Source: a virus. Taken from it: a stretch of 45,345 bases of DNA. Positions 1-6,561 of the stretch are shown here, piece after piece (the stretch's first letter is position 1; every line of letters starts with the position of its first letter). Under the pieces are notes generated by a model, which saw nothing but the letters and a program-made list of their open reading frames with translations, did no database searches and was not told where the DNA came from. A program made the position numbers and the translations under genes. The DNA is taken from the IMG/VR virus record IMGVR_UViG_3300023291_000095, positions 1 through 45,345 of that record, one strand, 5' to 3'.

Positions 1-141
1 ATATATCAGTAGGTGGTTTTTCCTTAGCATGGGTTGGGCATGGTAACGTTTACCCACACCCTAACTTCATAAAAGATATTTGCGAAAGTAACGCAAAACT
101 AATGGCAGCGGCTCCTGATTTGCTGGAAGAGCTGCAATTGA
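1..141. repeat. Terminal duplication, copy 1 (identical to 45205..45345)
   Basis: The first 141 nt equal the last 141 nt exactly. An ORF runs through the junction, so this looks like the overlap of a circular or circularly permuted assembly. Confidence 0.9.
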
Positions 142-251
142 CTCTTGGTGCGTTAAGAGAGATTTGCTTTACTTGCGGCGCAGCTCGGCCTGAATCGACC
201 ATTCGTCGCGCTGAAGCTGCCATCGCCAAAGCATTAGGAGAAACCAAATGA
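1..251 (+). CDS. C-terminal part of a hypothetical early protein whose N-terminus lies at 45135..45345 (one gene split by linearisation)
   Basis: The frame from ATG 45135 continues at window position 3 and stops at TGA 249..251. That stop forms an ATGA overlap with the next gene. The protein contains an AAPDLLEEL motif common in small phage early proteins. Confidence 0.6.
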   Translation, partial: ISVGGFSLAWVGHGNVYPHPNFIKDICESNAKLMAAAPDLLEELQLTLGALREICFTCGAARPESTIRRAEAAIAKALGETK

Positions 252-901
252 AATACGAAATTATCAAAGGCAGTGAGAAGGATTTTGAGGGTGCGCCGGA
301 GTGGGCTACCGAGTGCGTTTGGAATGATAAGGGAAGCGAGTCTTTTTCTTACTGGCTTAATCCAAATGAAAATAAAATGCTTGCCCGTTGGATGAATGGT
401 TCGCCTGACATATGGGCAGGAATTTATGGGCACCGTAATTACATTAAAGCCGAGCGCCGGCCAATCACCGAGCCAGTTGTAAACCAGCAGTTGACTACTG
501 AGTGGGGTGAGGATGGATTGCCTCCGGTTGGGTGCATTTGTGAATTTAAAGCAGAAGATGGAAGTTGGGGTGTTGGAACCATACTTTGTGTTGGTAGTCA
601 CAGAGTATTTTGGTTATGCCACGAAGACAAAATGGAATATAACGCAGAAATTAATCCACCAGAATTCCGACCTATCCGCTCGCCTGAGGATGTGGCAAGG
701 GATGAGGCTTTTTCTCAGCTTGAAGCGTTGGAAAAATCAATGCTAAATGGGTATCAGCCATATGAATTTATCGATGCAATAACTTTAGCGGGTTACCGTA
801 AATTCAAAACCCCAACCGTAAGCGAACTCATGCGCGTCACCGAAAAAGCAACTCGCGAAGACTGCGAAGCGATTGTGAAGTTGATGGGAGGTGAGAAATG
901 A
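248..901 (+). CDS. hypothetical protein (217 aa)
   Basis: Long ORF with ATGA coupling to the neighbouring genes at both ends. No motif recognised. Confidence 0.7.
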   Translation: MKYEIIKGSEKDFEGAPEWATECVWNDKGSESFSYWLNPNENKMLARWMNGSPDIWAGIYGHRNYIKAERRPITEPVVNQQLTTEWGEDGLPPVGCICEFKAEDGSWGVGTILCVGSHRVFWLCHEDKMEYNAEINPPEFRPIRSPEDVARDEAFSQLEALEKSMLNGYQPYEFIDAITLAGYRKFKTPTVSELMRVTEKATREDCEAIVKLMGGEK

Positions 902-1164
902 AAGTCCAGGTTCTTATTGCTGAGCGCGGAAGTCGATATGGCAAGTTTTCAGATGGTGCAATCATCATGCGCAACTTGAAATCAGTAATGCATTCTACTG
1001 ATGGTTGGGAAAGACTCGGCGATAGCCAGAAAGAAGCGCTGGATATGATTCAGCATAAAATTGGCCGCGTGCTGAATGGCGATCCAAATTACGACGATAA
1101 CTGGAAGGATATCGCAGGTTACGCGACGTTGATTGCAGAAGAGTTGAATGGGGAAAATAAATGA
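898..1164 (+). CDS. hypothetical small helical protein (88 aa)
   Basis: ORF is translationally coupled on both sides. The RGSRYGKF...DIAGYATL pattern recalls small phage nucleotide-associated helical domains, but this is not verified. Confidence 0.6.
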   Translation: MKVQVLIAERGSRYGKFSDGAIIMRNLKSVMHSTDGWERLGDSQKEALDMIQHKIGRVLNGDPNYDDNWKDIAGYATLIAEELNGENK

Positions 1165-1664
1165 CAGCCGGTTATCACGACAGCAATACGCCGGAGCCAC
1201 AGAGAGATCTATGGCAAACTCCTCCATATATTTTCAAATACTATGATGCGCGCTTTAACTTCTCTCATGACGTAGCGGCATCATAAAGTAATGCGCTGGC
1301 TAAATGTTATTTCACTGAAGATCATAACGCTCTAACTAAACAATGGGGTATATCTGCGTGGTGCAACCCACCCTATTCAAACACGGCTGCATGAGTTGAT
1401 AAAGCCATTGAGCAGACATCAGATGGTTCAAGTCGGCAAGTGGTCATGTTGCTTCCCGCTGCAACATCAGTAACATGGTTCGCAAAAGCTATGGCGCATT
1501 GCAGCGAATGCCACTTAATCACAGGACGCATCGCATTTATCAGCAGTGAAACTGGTCTGCCGGTTCGCAATAATAATATGGGTTCGGTGGTGTTTGTTTT
1601 TGATGGTGCTTCGCCAGTCAAGCAGCATTTGGTGATGTTACATCGTGATGAGATGAGGAAATGA
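1161..1664 (+). pseudogene. dam: Phage Dam-type N6-adenine DNA methyltransferase interrupted by two in-frame stop codons (TAA 1284..1286, TGA 1392..1394)
   Basis: One frame from ATG 1161 reads DLWQTPPYIF...FSHDVAAS*SNALAKCYFTEDHNAL...WCNPPYSNTAA*VDKAIE...VVMLLPAATSVTWF...ITGRIAF...SVVFVF. These are the motifs of the phage Dam family, including catalytic NPPY. All three pieces are in the same frame. Confidence 0.8.
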
Positions 1665-1665
1665 G

Positions 1666-1755
1666 ATGAATAATTTCATATCAAAGAGATGGGAAAAATT
1701 AACCACTGGTCAGTTTGGGCCAATTATTGGGTTGATTTGTGGTTTGGCATGTTGA
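1666..1755 (+). CDS. possible 29-aa small hydrophobic protein
   Basis: ATG lies 2 nt after the dam stop. The peptide MNNFISKRWEKLTTGQFGPIIGLICGLAC has a hydrophobic C-terminus. It is too short to judge. Confidence 0.3.
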   Translation: MNNFISKRWEKLTTGQFGPIIGLICGLAC

Positions 1756-1838
1756 TATCAGCATTATGGTTTATATGCTTAATGGTAGCAGTTATTGGCT
1801 GGCCTTTTATGTACATCATTGACAAGATTGGTGGCTAA
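1749..1838 (+). CDS. possible 29-aa transmembrane peptide
   Basis: MLISALWFICLMVAVIGWPFMYIIDKIGG overlaps the previous tiny ORF in an ATGTTGA arrangement. The two could also be one 57-aa membrane protein split by a frameshift. Confidence 0.3.
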   Translation: MLISALWFICLMVAVIGWPFMYIIDKIGG

Positions 1839-1840
1839 TT

Positions 1841-2638
1841 ATGCCATCCATAACCGGCACCCTGACCAATGCTGAATACCGAAAAGTAAAAGCCTATTCA
1901 AAATCAGATCTGGACCTTATCCATAAATCACAGGCGCTCATCGAGTGGGCGCGCAATGCGCATTCAGATGGAAGTGAAGCTGTTGATCGTGGAACAGACT
2001 TGCACTGCGCTGTACTTGAGCCTGATGTATTCAAGGCGCAGTACATCCGCATGCCGGAATACAACATTAAGTCATCTGCAGGTCAGGCTAATGCGGAATC
2101 ATTCCGCGAGAGCATGGCATCATCAGGCAGGATCATCCTCACTGCGAAGGAGTACGACATTGTTGGAGCAATGCGTGATTCGATTATGGCGCACCCAACA
2201 GCTCGCATGTACCTGGAAAGCGAGTGCATCAATGAGCACTCAATCTTCTGGGCTGAAAATGGCCTTCGCTTTAAATGCCGCCCTGACTGTATGCCTGACC
2301 GAGAACAATTCGGGCCGGTAATTCTGGACGTTAAAAAGATAGGCGATATCGATCACCTTCAGCGCAGCATCCGCAATTTTCGCTATTACGTTCAGGCACC
2401 ATTCTACAGTGACGGATATGAGGCGCTGTATGGCATCAAGCCGCGTTTCATCTTCGTTGCTGTAGGTGAGCGTCGCAGTATCGGTCGGCATCCCGTGCGC
2501 GTGTTTGAGTTACCGTTAGCGTGGGTTGAAAAAGGTCGTGATGAATACAAGGCAGATATTGAGATCGCCCGCGAGATTGAAGAGTTTGGTGCGGCTTGTG
2601 ATGTCGAAGTTATCGATATGCCGCCTGCATGGAAATAA
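1841..2638 (+). CDS. RecE-like PD-(D/E)XK exonuclease (exodeoxyribonuclease VIII C-terminal-type)
   Basis: 265 aa with GTDLHCAVLEP, RPDCMP...ILDVKK (a D...(D/E)xK core) and QAPFYSDGYE motifs, as in short RecE-like nucleases. It sits just upstream of bet. Confidence 0.65.
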   Translation: MPSITGTLTNAEYRKVKAYSKSDLDLIHKSQALIEWARNAHSDGSEAVDRGTDLHCAVLEPDVFKAQYIRMPEYNIKSSAGQANAESFRESMASSGRIILTAKEYDIVGAMRDSIMAHPTARMYLESECINEHSIFWAENGLRFKCRPDCMPDREQFGPVILDVKKIGDIDHLQRSIRNFRYYVQAPFYSDGYEALYGIKPRFIFVAVGERRSIGRHPVRVFELPLAWVEKGRDEYKADIEIAREIEEFGAACDVEVIDMPPAWK

Positions 2639-2679
2639 GCAAACAAATAAGTTGCAATCGCAAGGTGAAGTGTTATGCT
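2638..2679 (+). promoter_or_regulatory. sigma70-type promoter with A-rich upstream element
   Basis: AGCAAACAAATAAGTTGCAA (-35 TTGCAA 2652..2657), a 16-nt spacer, then TGtTATGCT (extended -10 at 2671..2679). The upstream 20-mer is identical to that of the reverse-strand promoter at 22213..22232. Confidence 0.6.
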
Positions 2680-2712
2680 TTGCCTTGTTAGGTTAATTAT
2701 TGGAGAGAGAAA

Positions 2713-3555
2713 ATGAGTAACGCATTACAAACAATAGCAGCCAGCAGCGGCGTATCCGTTGAAGATGTAACTGATGTTTTGAAAGGCATGATCATCAGCG
2801 CCAAGAACCAGCATGGCTCATCAGCAAGCAATGCTGAACTTGCCGTAGTGTCTGGGGTATGCGCTAAGTATGACCTTAACCCAATGGTGAAGGAATGCGC
2901 GGCGTTCATCAGCGGCGGAAAGCTTCAGGTTGTATTGATGGTGGATGGCTGGTATCGCATCGTAAACCGTCAGCCAACATTTGACGGCGTTGAGTTTGAA
3001 GATCATCTGGATGACAAAAGCAACCTCACCGCCATTACATGCCGCATGTTTATTAAAGGCCGTAGCCGTCCGGTAGAAGTCACTGAGTATATGGCTGAGT
3101 GCCGTGATTCTAAGTCAAGCGTATGGCAAAAATGGCCATCCCGCATGCTGCGTCACAAAGCATACATTCAATGTGCCCGCATGACTTTCGGCATCAGCGA
3201 GATGGTTGACCCTGACGAAGCAGATCGCATCAAATCAGGTGAGCGCGACATCACCCCACAAGCAAACCCGCGCGCTCAGGTTGAATATCAGGCTATTGAG
3301 TCATCCATGTCTGAAGTCACAGACATTCCATCACTCAACGCACTGTGTGCGTCCATTCGTGAAGACTTTGATAAGCGCGGTATCTGGAAGGCTGAGAGCG
3401 CAATTCTGGTCGAAATGAAGACGCGCCACAAGTCCCGCATTGAGTCACTGCAATCATCATCAGTAGAAAGTGAGTTTGAAGAAGCTGAAGTAACTGAGAT
3501 TGTCCGTGACGCATCAGATCCTGAAAACGCAGATGGCGAAGTGCCATTCGAATAA
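2713..3555 (+). CDS. bet: Bet (Red-beta) family single-strand annealing protein
   Basis: DGWYRIVNRQPTFDGVEFE and WPSRMLRHKAYIQCARMTFG closely parallel lambda Bet (DGWSRIINENQQFDGMDFE and PKRMLRHKAMIQCARLAFG, as recalled from memory). Confidence 0.85.
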   Translation: MSNALQTIAASSGVSVEDVTDVLKGMIISAKNQHGSSASNAELAVVSGVCAKYDLNPMVKECAAFISGGKLQVVLMVDGWYRIVNRQPTFDGVEFEDHLDDKSNLTAITCRMFIKGRSRPVEVTEYMAECRDSKSSVWQKWPSRMLRHKAYIQCARMTFGISEMVDPDEADRIKSGERDITPQANPRAQVEYQAIESSMSEVTDIPSLNALCASIREDFDKRGIWKAESAILVEMKTRHKSRIESLQSSSVESEFEEAEVTEIVRDASDPENADGEVPFE

Positions 3556-3601
3556 CAACCTCTGCCACGGATGGCGGAATCAGAATTAAGGGGAAGGCGG
3601 A

Positions 3602-3922
3602 ATGAAACCTGCAAACTTTGCCCCGGTTTACTGCTCGCTATATCCGGCACTGGCTGAAATAGCTCGCAAACATGGCTATGCAATGGCGATACACGGAACA
3701 ATGGCGCGTGATTTCGACCTGATTTGCATTCCGTGGGTAGAGAAACCATCAAGCCCAGAGGAAGTGGTAGCGGAAATCACAGCAACTTATTCCACCACTG
3801 ATATCACCAATCCCGGATTTAAGCATCACGGTCGATTGGCATATTCAGTGTGCTTTGGATTCGGTGAGTTTTTCGCTGACCTGTCATTTATGCCATGCAT
3901 TCAAGAGGTAAGCCATGAATAA
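3602..3922 (+). CDS. hypothetical protein (106 aa)
   Basis: ORF with a GGGGAAGG Shine-Dalgarno sequence, overlapping the next gene. Confidence 0.6.
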   Translation: MKPANFAPVYCSLYPALAEIARKHGYAMAIHGTMARDFDLICIPWVEKPSSPEEVVAEITATYSTTDITNPGFKHHGRLAYSVCFGFGEFFADLSFMPCIQEVSHE

Positions 3923-4394
3923 CGATTTAGAGAAGTTCAGCGAAGAAAGGCTGATTGAGTTAGCAAACGAAAACATCATCTGCAAGGTGTCATGGGATGA
4001 GCGTGTAGCATTAGGCCGCATAGCCTTATCAGCAAAGCAGGCCAAGCCGGTACTTATTTTTGATAAGCCAGATTCGTTAGCCTACCGGAGCCTCATCCAG
4101 ACGCTTGAGGTGGGAACAAAGTTCTACACCACCCCGCAGCCAGCCCATACAGAGCAGGGCGGTTGGATTAAGTGCAGCGAGCGGATGCCAGAGCCAGAAA
4201 TCCCTGTTCTTATAATGAATAATGGGGATATGCGAATCGGCGAAATTAGATGGGACTACCCAACTCACGAAGAAACCTATCAAGCGTTCAGGTATTGGGA
4301 TGACCCATTTGATGACGGCCAAATATGGGATTGTTGCGATATCACCCACTGGATGCCACTACCCGCCGCCCCTAAACCGGAGAGTGAAGAATGA
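3915..4394 (+). CDS. DUF551-like domain protein
   Basis: The C-terminal GWIKCSERMPE...ITHWMPLPAAPK matches the pattern typical of the phage DUF551 domain. Confidence 0.6.
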   Translation: MNNDLEKFSEERLIELANENIICKVSWDERVALGRIALSAKQAKPVLIFDKPDSLAYRSLIQTLEVGTKFYTTPQPAHTEQGGWIKCSERMPEPEIPVLIMNNGDMRIGEIRWDYPTHEETYQAFRYWDDPFDDGQIWDCCDITHWMPLPAAPKPESEE

Positions 4395-4609
4395 AAGACA
4401 ATACCGCACTGCTCAAGTCAGAAATGAATGGGAAATTATATTTCTCGGATATTAATCACCCGCACGAAATGGGACGAAAAGTCATCAACGTTGTGATTTC
4501 AGGTAACGGGCATTCGGTCATACATTCAAGCGCCAGCGGTGGTAGCATGGTTTTCAGTGGCCTTCGCGCATTCCAAAAGCGTTACCCATATAAACCGGAG
4601 AGTGAATGA
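4391..4609 (+). CDS. hypothetical protein (72 aa)
   Basis: ORF with an ATGA overlap upstream and the SD-bearing junction repeat at its 3' end. Confidence 0.55.
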   Translation: MKDNTALLKSEMNGKLYFSDINHPHEMGRKVINVVISGNGHSVIHSSASGGSMVFSGLRAFQKRYPYKPESE

Positions 4610-4710
4610 TGAGCATCACAGACAAATGTCCAAAATGCGGAAAGCCTGCGTTGTTCAGTGCTTCTTTCGGCTGCTGGTGTAGCCACTGCCTCAATGGGAA
4701 CGATAAATAA
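4606..4710 (+). CDS. 34-aa zinc-ribbon-like peptide
   Basis: MMSITDKCPKCGKPALFSASFGCWCSHCLNGNDK contains CxxC...CxxC. The GGAGAGTGA SD lies just upstream and the start overlaps the preceding stop. It falls below the ORF-track length cutoff. Confidence 0.45.
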   Translation: MMSITDKCPKCGKPALFSASFGCWCSHCLNGNDK

Positions 4711-4724
4711 CCGGAGTCTAAATA

Positions 4725-5153
4725 ATGTCATCCAGAAAAGAAACATTACGCCACAAAGCAGCTATTGCTGAGTTCATTAAAGATCACGAAGGCGTACAGA
4801 TGCGCTACCTGATTGAGCTGATCCACATCGGGCCGCGACGCACAAATGAAATAGTCCGTCAGATGCTGAACTCAGGAACTATCCACAAAACAGGCAAGAC
4901 AGTGACTTGTCGTTACTGGTCATCAGAGGAGGCTGCAAAGAATGGTCGCGATAGCAGTCGCATCATGGCTGACTCCGAAATCGAATCACGTCGCAGGCTT
5001 GGTGAAACCAACGCAGAACGCCGTGAGATGCCAGGAATTGTATTCCTGTGTAATCGCAGACCAAAGAGCGTCAACACGGTATTTGAGCAATGCAAGAAAA
5101 ACAATGAACAGGCCCTGATGGTTTATCGGGTAATGGCGGGTTTGAAATCATGA
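4725..5153 (+). CDS. putative winged-helix DNA-binding protein (142 aa)
   Basis: The N-terminal segment AEFIKDHEGVQMRYLIELIHIGPRRTNEIVRQMLNSGTIHKTGK looks wHTH-like. Function unknown. Confidence 0.55.
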   Translation: MSSRKETLRHKAAIAEFIKDHEGVQMRYLIELIHIGPRRTNEIVRQMLNSGTIHKTGKTVTCRYWSSEEAAKNGRDSSRIMADSEIESRRRLGETNAERREMPGIVFLCNRRPKSVNTVFEQCKKNNEQALMVYRVMAGLKS

Positions 5154-5332
5154 CCCAATACGACAAGCACGAACTATCACGCATTGACGGTGAGATAGCT
5201 GAACTGGAAAAGAAGATCGCAGTTAGGCAAGAGCAGCGCCGCGAGATTGTTAACAGGATAGGGTTGAATAAGTGCAGCCAATGCAAAGGCGGTTGCAAGC
5301 TACCTAACCAGCATGAGGAGTTGAAGCCATGA
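5150..5332 (+). CDS. hypothetical coiled-coil/Cys-rich small protein (60 aa)
   Basis: ORF with ATGA overlaps at both ends. Confidence 0.5.
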   Translation: MTQYDKHELSRIDGEIAELEKKIAVRQEQRREIVNRIGLNKCSQCKGGCKLPNQHEELKP

Positions 5333-5505
5333 AGTTTAAAATCCAACATCAACATAAAAGACATGTAGAGATTGAAAAATATGGTAATGATGTACTAGTT
5401 TCAGTAAATGAAGGCGTAATTAGCACCATTAAACTCAACAAAGAAGAAGCCCTACAACTTGCTGCTGCGCTGGTGAGTGCGGCTAAGGAGGTGGAGGGTG
5501 AGTGA
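5329..5505 (+). CDS. hypothetical protein (58 aa)
   Basis: MKFKIQHQHKRHVEIEKYGNDVLVSVNEG... was hand-translated. It is coupled to its neighbours and falls below the ORF-track cutoff. Confidence 0.45.
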   Translation: MKFKIQHQHKRHVEIEKYGNDVLVSVNEGVISTIKLNKEEALQLAAALVSAAKEVEGE

Positions 5506-5686
5506 TTGCAAAAATATCTCGGTAGAGGAGCATATCAGAAATTTAGATAACCAAATCGTCATGCTAAAGGAATCAAATAGGCAGAAAGAGAAATCTAACC
5601 GCACACATCAGCGCCAGATTAGCGATCTGCAAGTTAAGCTTCAGGCTATTAAATCATCCGATAAGCCACAGCAGACATCATGGTAA
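5498..5686 (+). CDS. hypothetical coiled-coil protein (62 aa, GTG start)
   Basis: GTG at 5498 is preceded by AAGGAGGTGGAGG. The track ORF from 5477 begins with an implausible Arg/Trp-rich extension. Confidence 0.5.
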   Translation: MSDCKNISVEEHIRNLDNQIVMLKESNRQKEKSNRTHQRQISDLQVKLQAIKSSDKPQQTSW

Positions 5687-5695
5687 AAGTTGTTT

Positions 5696-5797
5696 ATGGT
5701 TTTCTCTGCTTCAGTGATTGTTGGCTTTGGTTTTTCTGCTGGTGCGCTTGGCGCTTATGGCTGGGTGAAGTTGTTGGGTGCGATGATATGGGAATGA
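5696..5797 (+). CDS. possible 33-aa transmembrane peptide
   Basis: MVFSASVIVGFGFSAGALGAYGWVKLLGAMIWE is Gly/Ala-rich and hydrophobic. The alternative frame over the same DNA gives a W/C-rich sequence of unusual composition. Confidence 0.35.
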   Translation: MVFSASVIVGFGFSAGALGAYGWVKLLGAMIWE

Positions 5798-6000
5798 AGT
5801 CAAGCACGGTTCAACAACTAATTCAGGCTGACATAGCAGAAAACTCCGCACGCCTAAAGAGATATCGTAAAGCATCATCTCTATCTAGAATGGATAAGTA
5901 CAGATACCGACCGCAAATGAGGTCATGGCCTCGTGATAGGGTTCTGGCGCGGATTATGCAACTCAATATGAAGAAAGCGATGAATGACATTGGACTGTAG
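5788..6000 (+). CDS. hypothetical basic protein (about 70 aa), last gene of the early rightward operon
   Basis: MGMKSSTVQQLIQADIAENSARLKRYRK... is followed immediately by a terminator. The start is uncertain (5788 or 5794, while the track gives 5680). Confidence 0.5.
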   Translation: MGMKSSTVQQLIQADIAENSARLKRYRKASSLSRMDKYRYRPQMRSWPRDRVLARIMQLNMKKAMNDIGL

Positions 6001-6021
6001 CCCTCATAACGAGGGCTTTTT
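6000..6021 (+). terminator. intrinsic terminator closing the early operon
   Basis: GCCCTC-ataac-GAGGGC followed by TTTTT. The stem sequence is the same as in the terminator at 11671. Confidence 0.75.
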
Positions 6022-6038
6022 CATTTCTGCAACTCAAG

Positions 6039-6096
6039 TGTTATAGTATTACCTATCTGTCGGCAGGGCCGACGCTATCAATGCTTGGGGCATGAT
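6039..6096 (+). promoter_or_regulatory. extended -10 promoter (TGtTATAGT) plus conserved leader hairpin upstream of terS
   Basis: TG 6039..6040, TATAGT 6042..6047, hairpin GTCGG-caggg-CCGAC 6059..6073, then TCAATGCTTGGGG carrying the SD. The module recurs at 13064..13116. Confidence 0.5.
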
Positions 6097-6561
6097 ATGA
6101 GTGAACTAACCGCCAAAGAGGAGGCGTTTTGTCAGGCATACGTCTTTAATGGCGGCAATGCAACAGACGCATGGAACGAGGCAAATCCAAAAAGTAAAGC
6201 CAAGCCAACATCACGGAATGAGCTTGCAAGTAGGCTTTTATCTAATGTCAAGATCAAATCAAGGATTAAGGCATTAAAGAAAAAGGCATCAGAGCAATCC
6301 GAAAGAGACTTCGGAGTAAGCGTTGAATGGCGGCTGGAGATGCTTAAAAAGATCGTCGATGCTGGCATAGAAGAATGGCATGACCAGAACGGCAATGCCC
6401 GCAGAGAGAACTTAGCAGCAGCAAGAGGCGCAATCCAAACCATCAACGACATGCTTGGCGTAGCGCTTCCTGGCACTAAAGGACAGCGCAAGTCATTCAA
6501 TGTCAATTTGCGCATTCAGGACGCAAGTCTGCAAGTGGATAATGAGGGTGATGATGAGTAA
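6097..6561 (+). CDS. terS: terminase small subunit
   Basis: The N-terminal LTAKEEAFCQAYVFNGGNATDAW motif is typical of small terminases. It directly precedes and overlaps terL. Confidence 0.8.
   Translation: MSELTAKEEAFCQAYVFNGGNATDAWNEANPKSKAKPTSRNELASRLLSNVKIKSRIKALKKKASEQSERDFGVSVEWRLEMLKKIVDAGIEEWHDQNGNARRENLAAARGAIQTINDMLGVALPGTKGQRKSFNVNLRIQDASLQVDNEGDDE

Noticed and set aside
50-601. 183-aa reverse-strand ORF, and similar long antisense ORFs (3288..3752, 9450..10076, 10015..10560, 28114..28587, 39051..39527, 40693..41085)
   Set aside because: Each lies fully opposite a well-supported gene, lacks an SD and has skewed composition. They are shadow ORFs.
1392-1394. TGA in dam read as Trp (alternative genetic code or programmed recoding)
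   Set aside because: Many genes in this genome terminate at TGA in ATGA overlaps, and the same gene also contains an in-frame TAA. Ordinary nonsense mutation is the simpler explanation.
5680-5787. N-terminal extension of the 5680..6000 track ORF (GFLCFSDCWLWFFCWCAWRLW...)
   Set aside because: The W/C-rich sequence is of unusual composition and looks out of frame. The same DNA encodes a cleaner Gly/Ala-rich TM peptide in another frame, and the downstream part has its own start.
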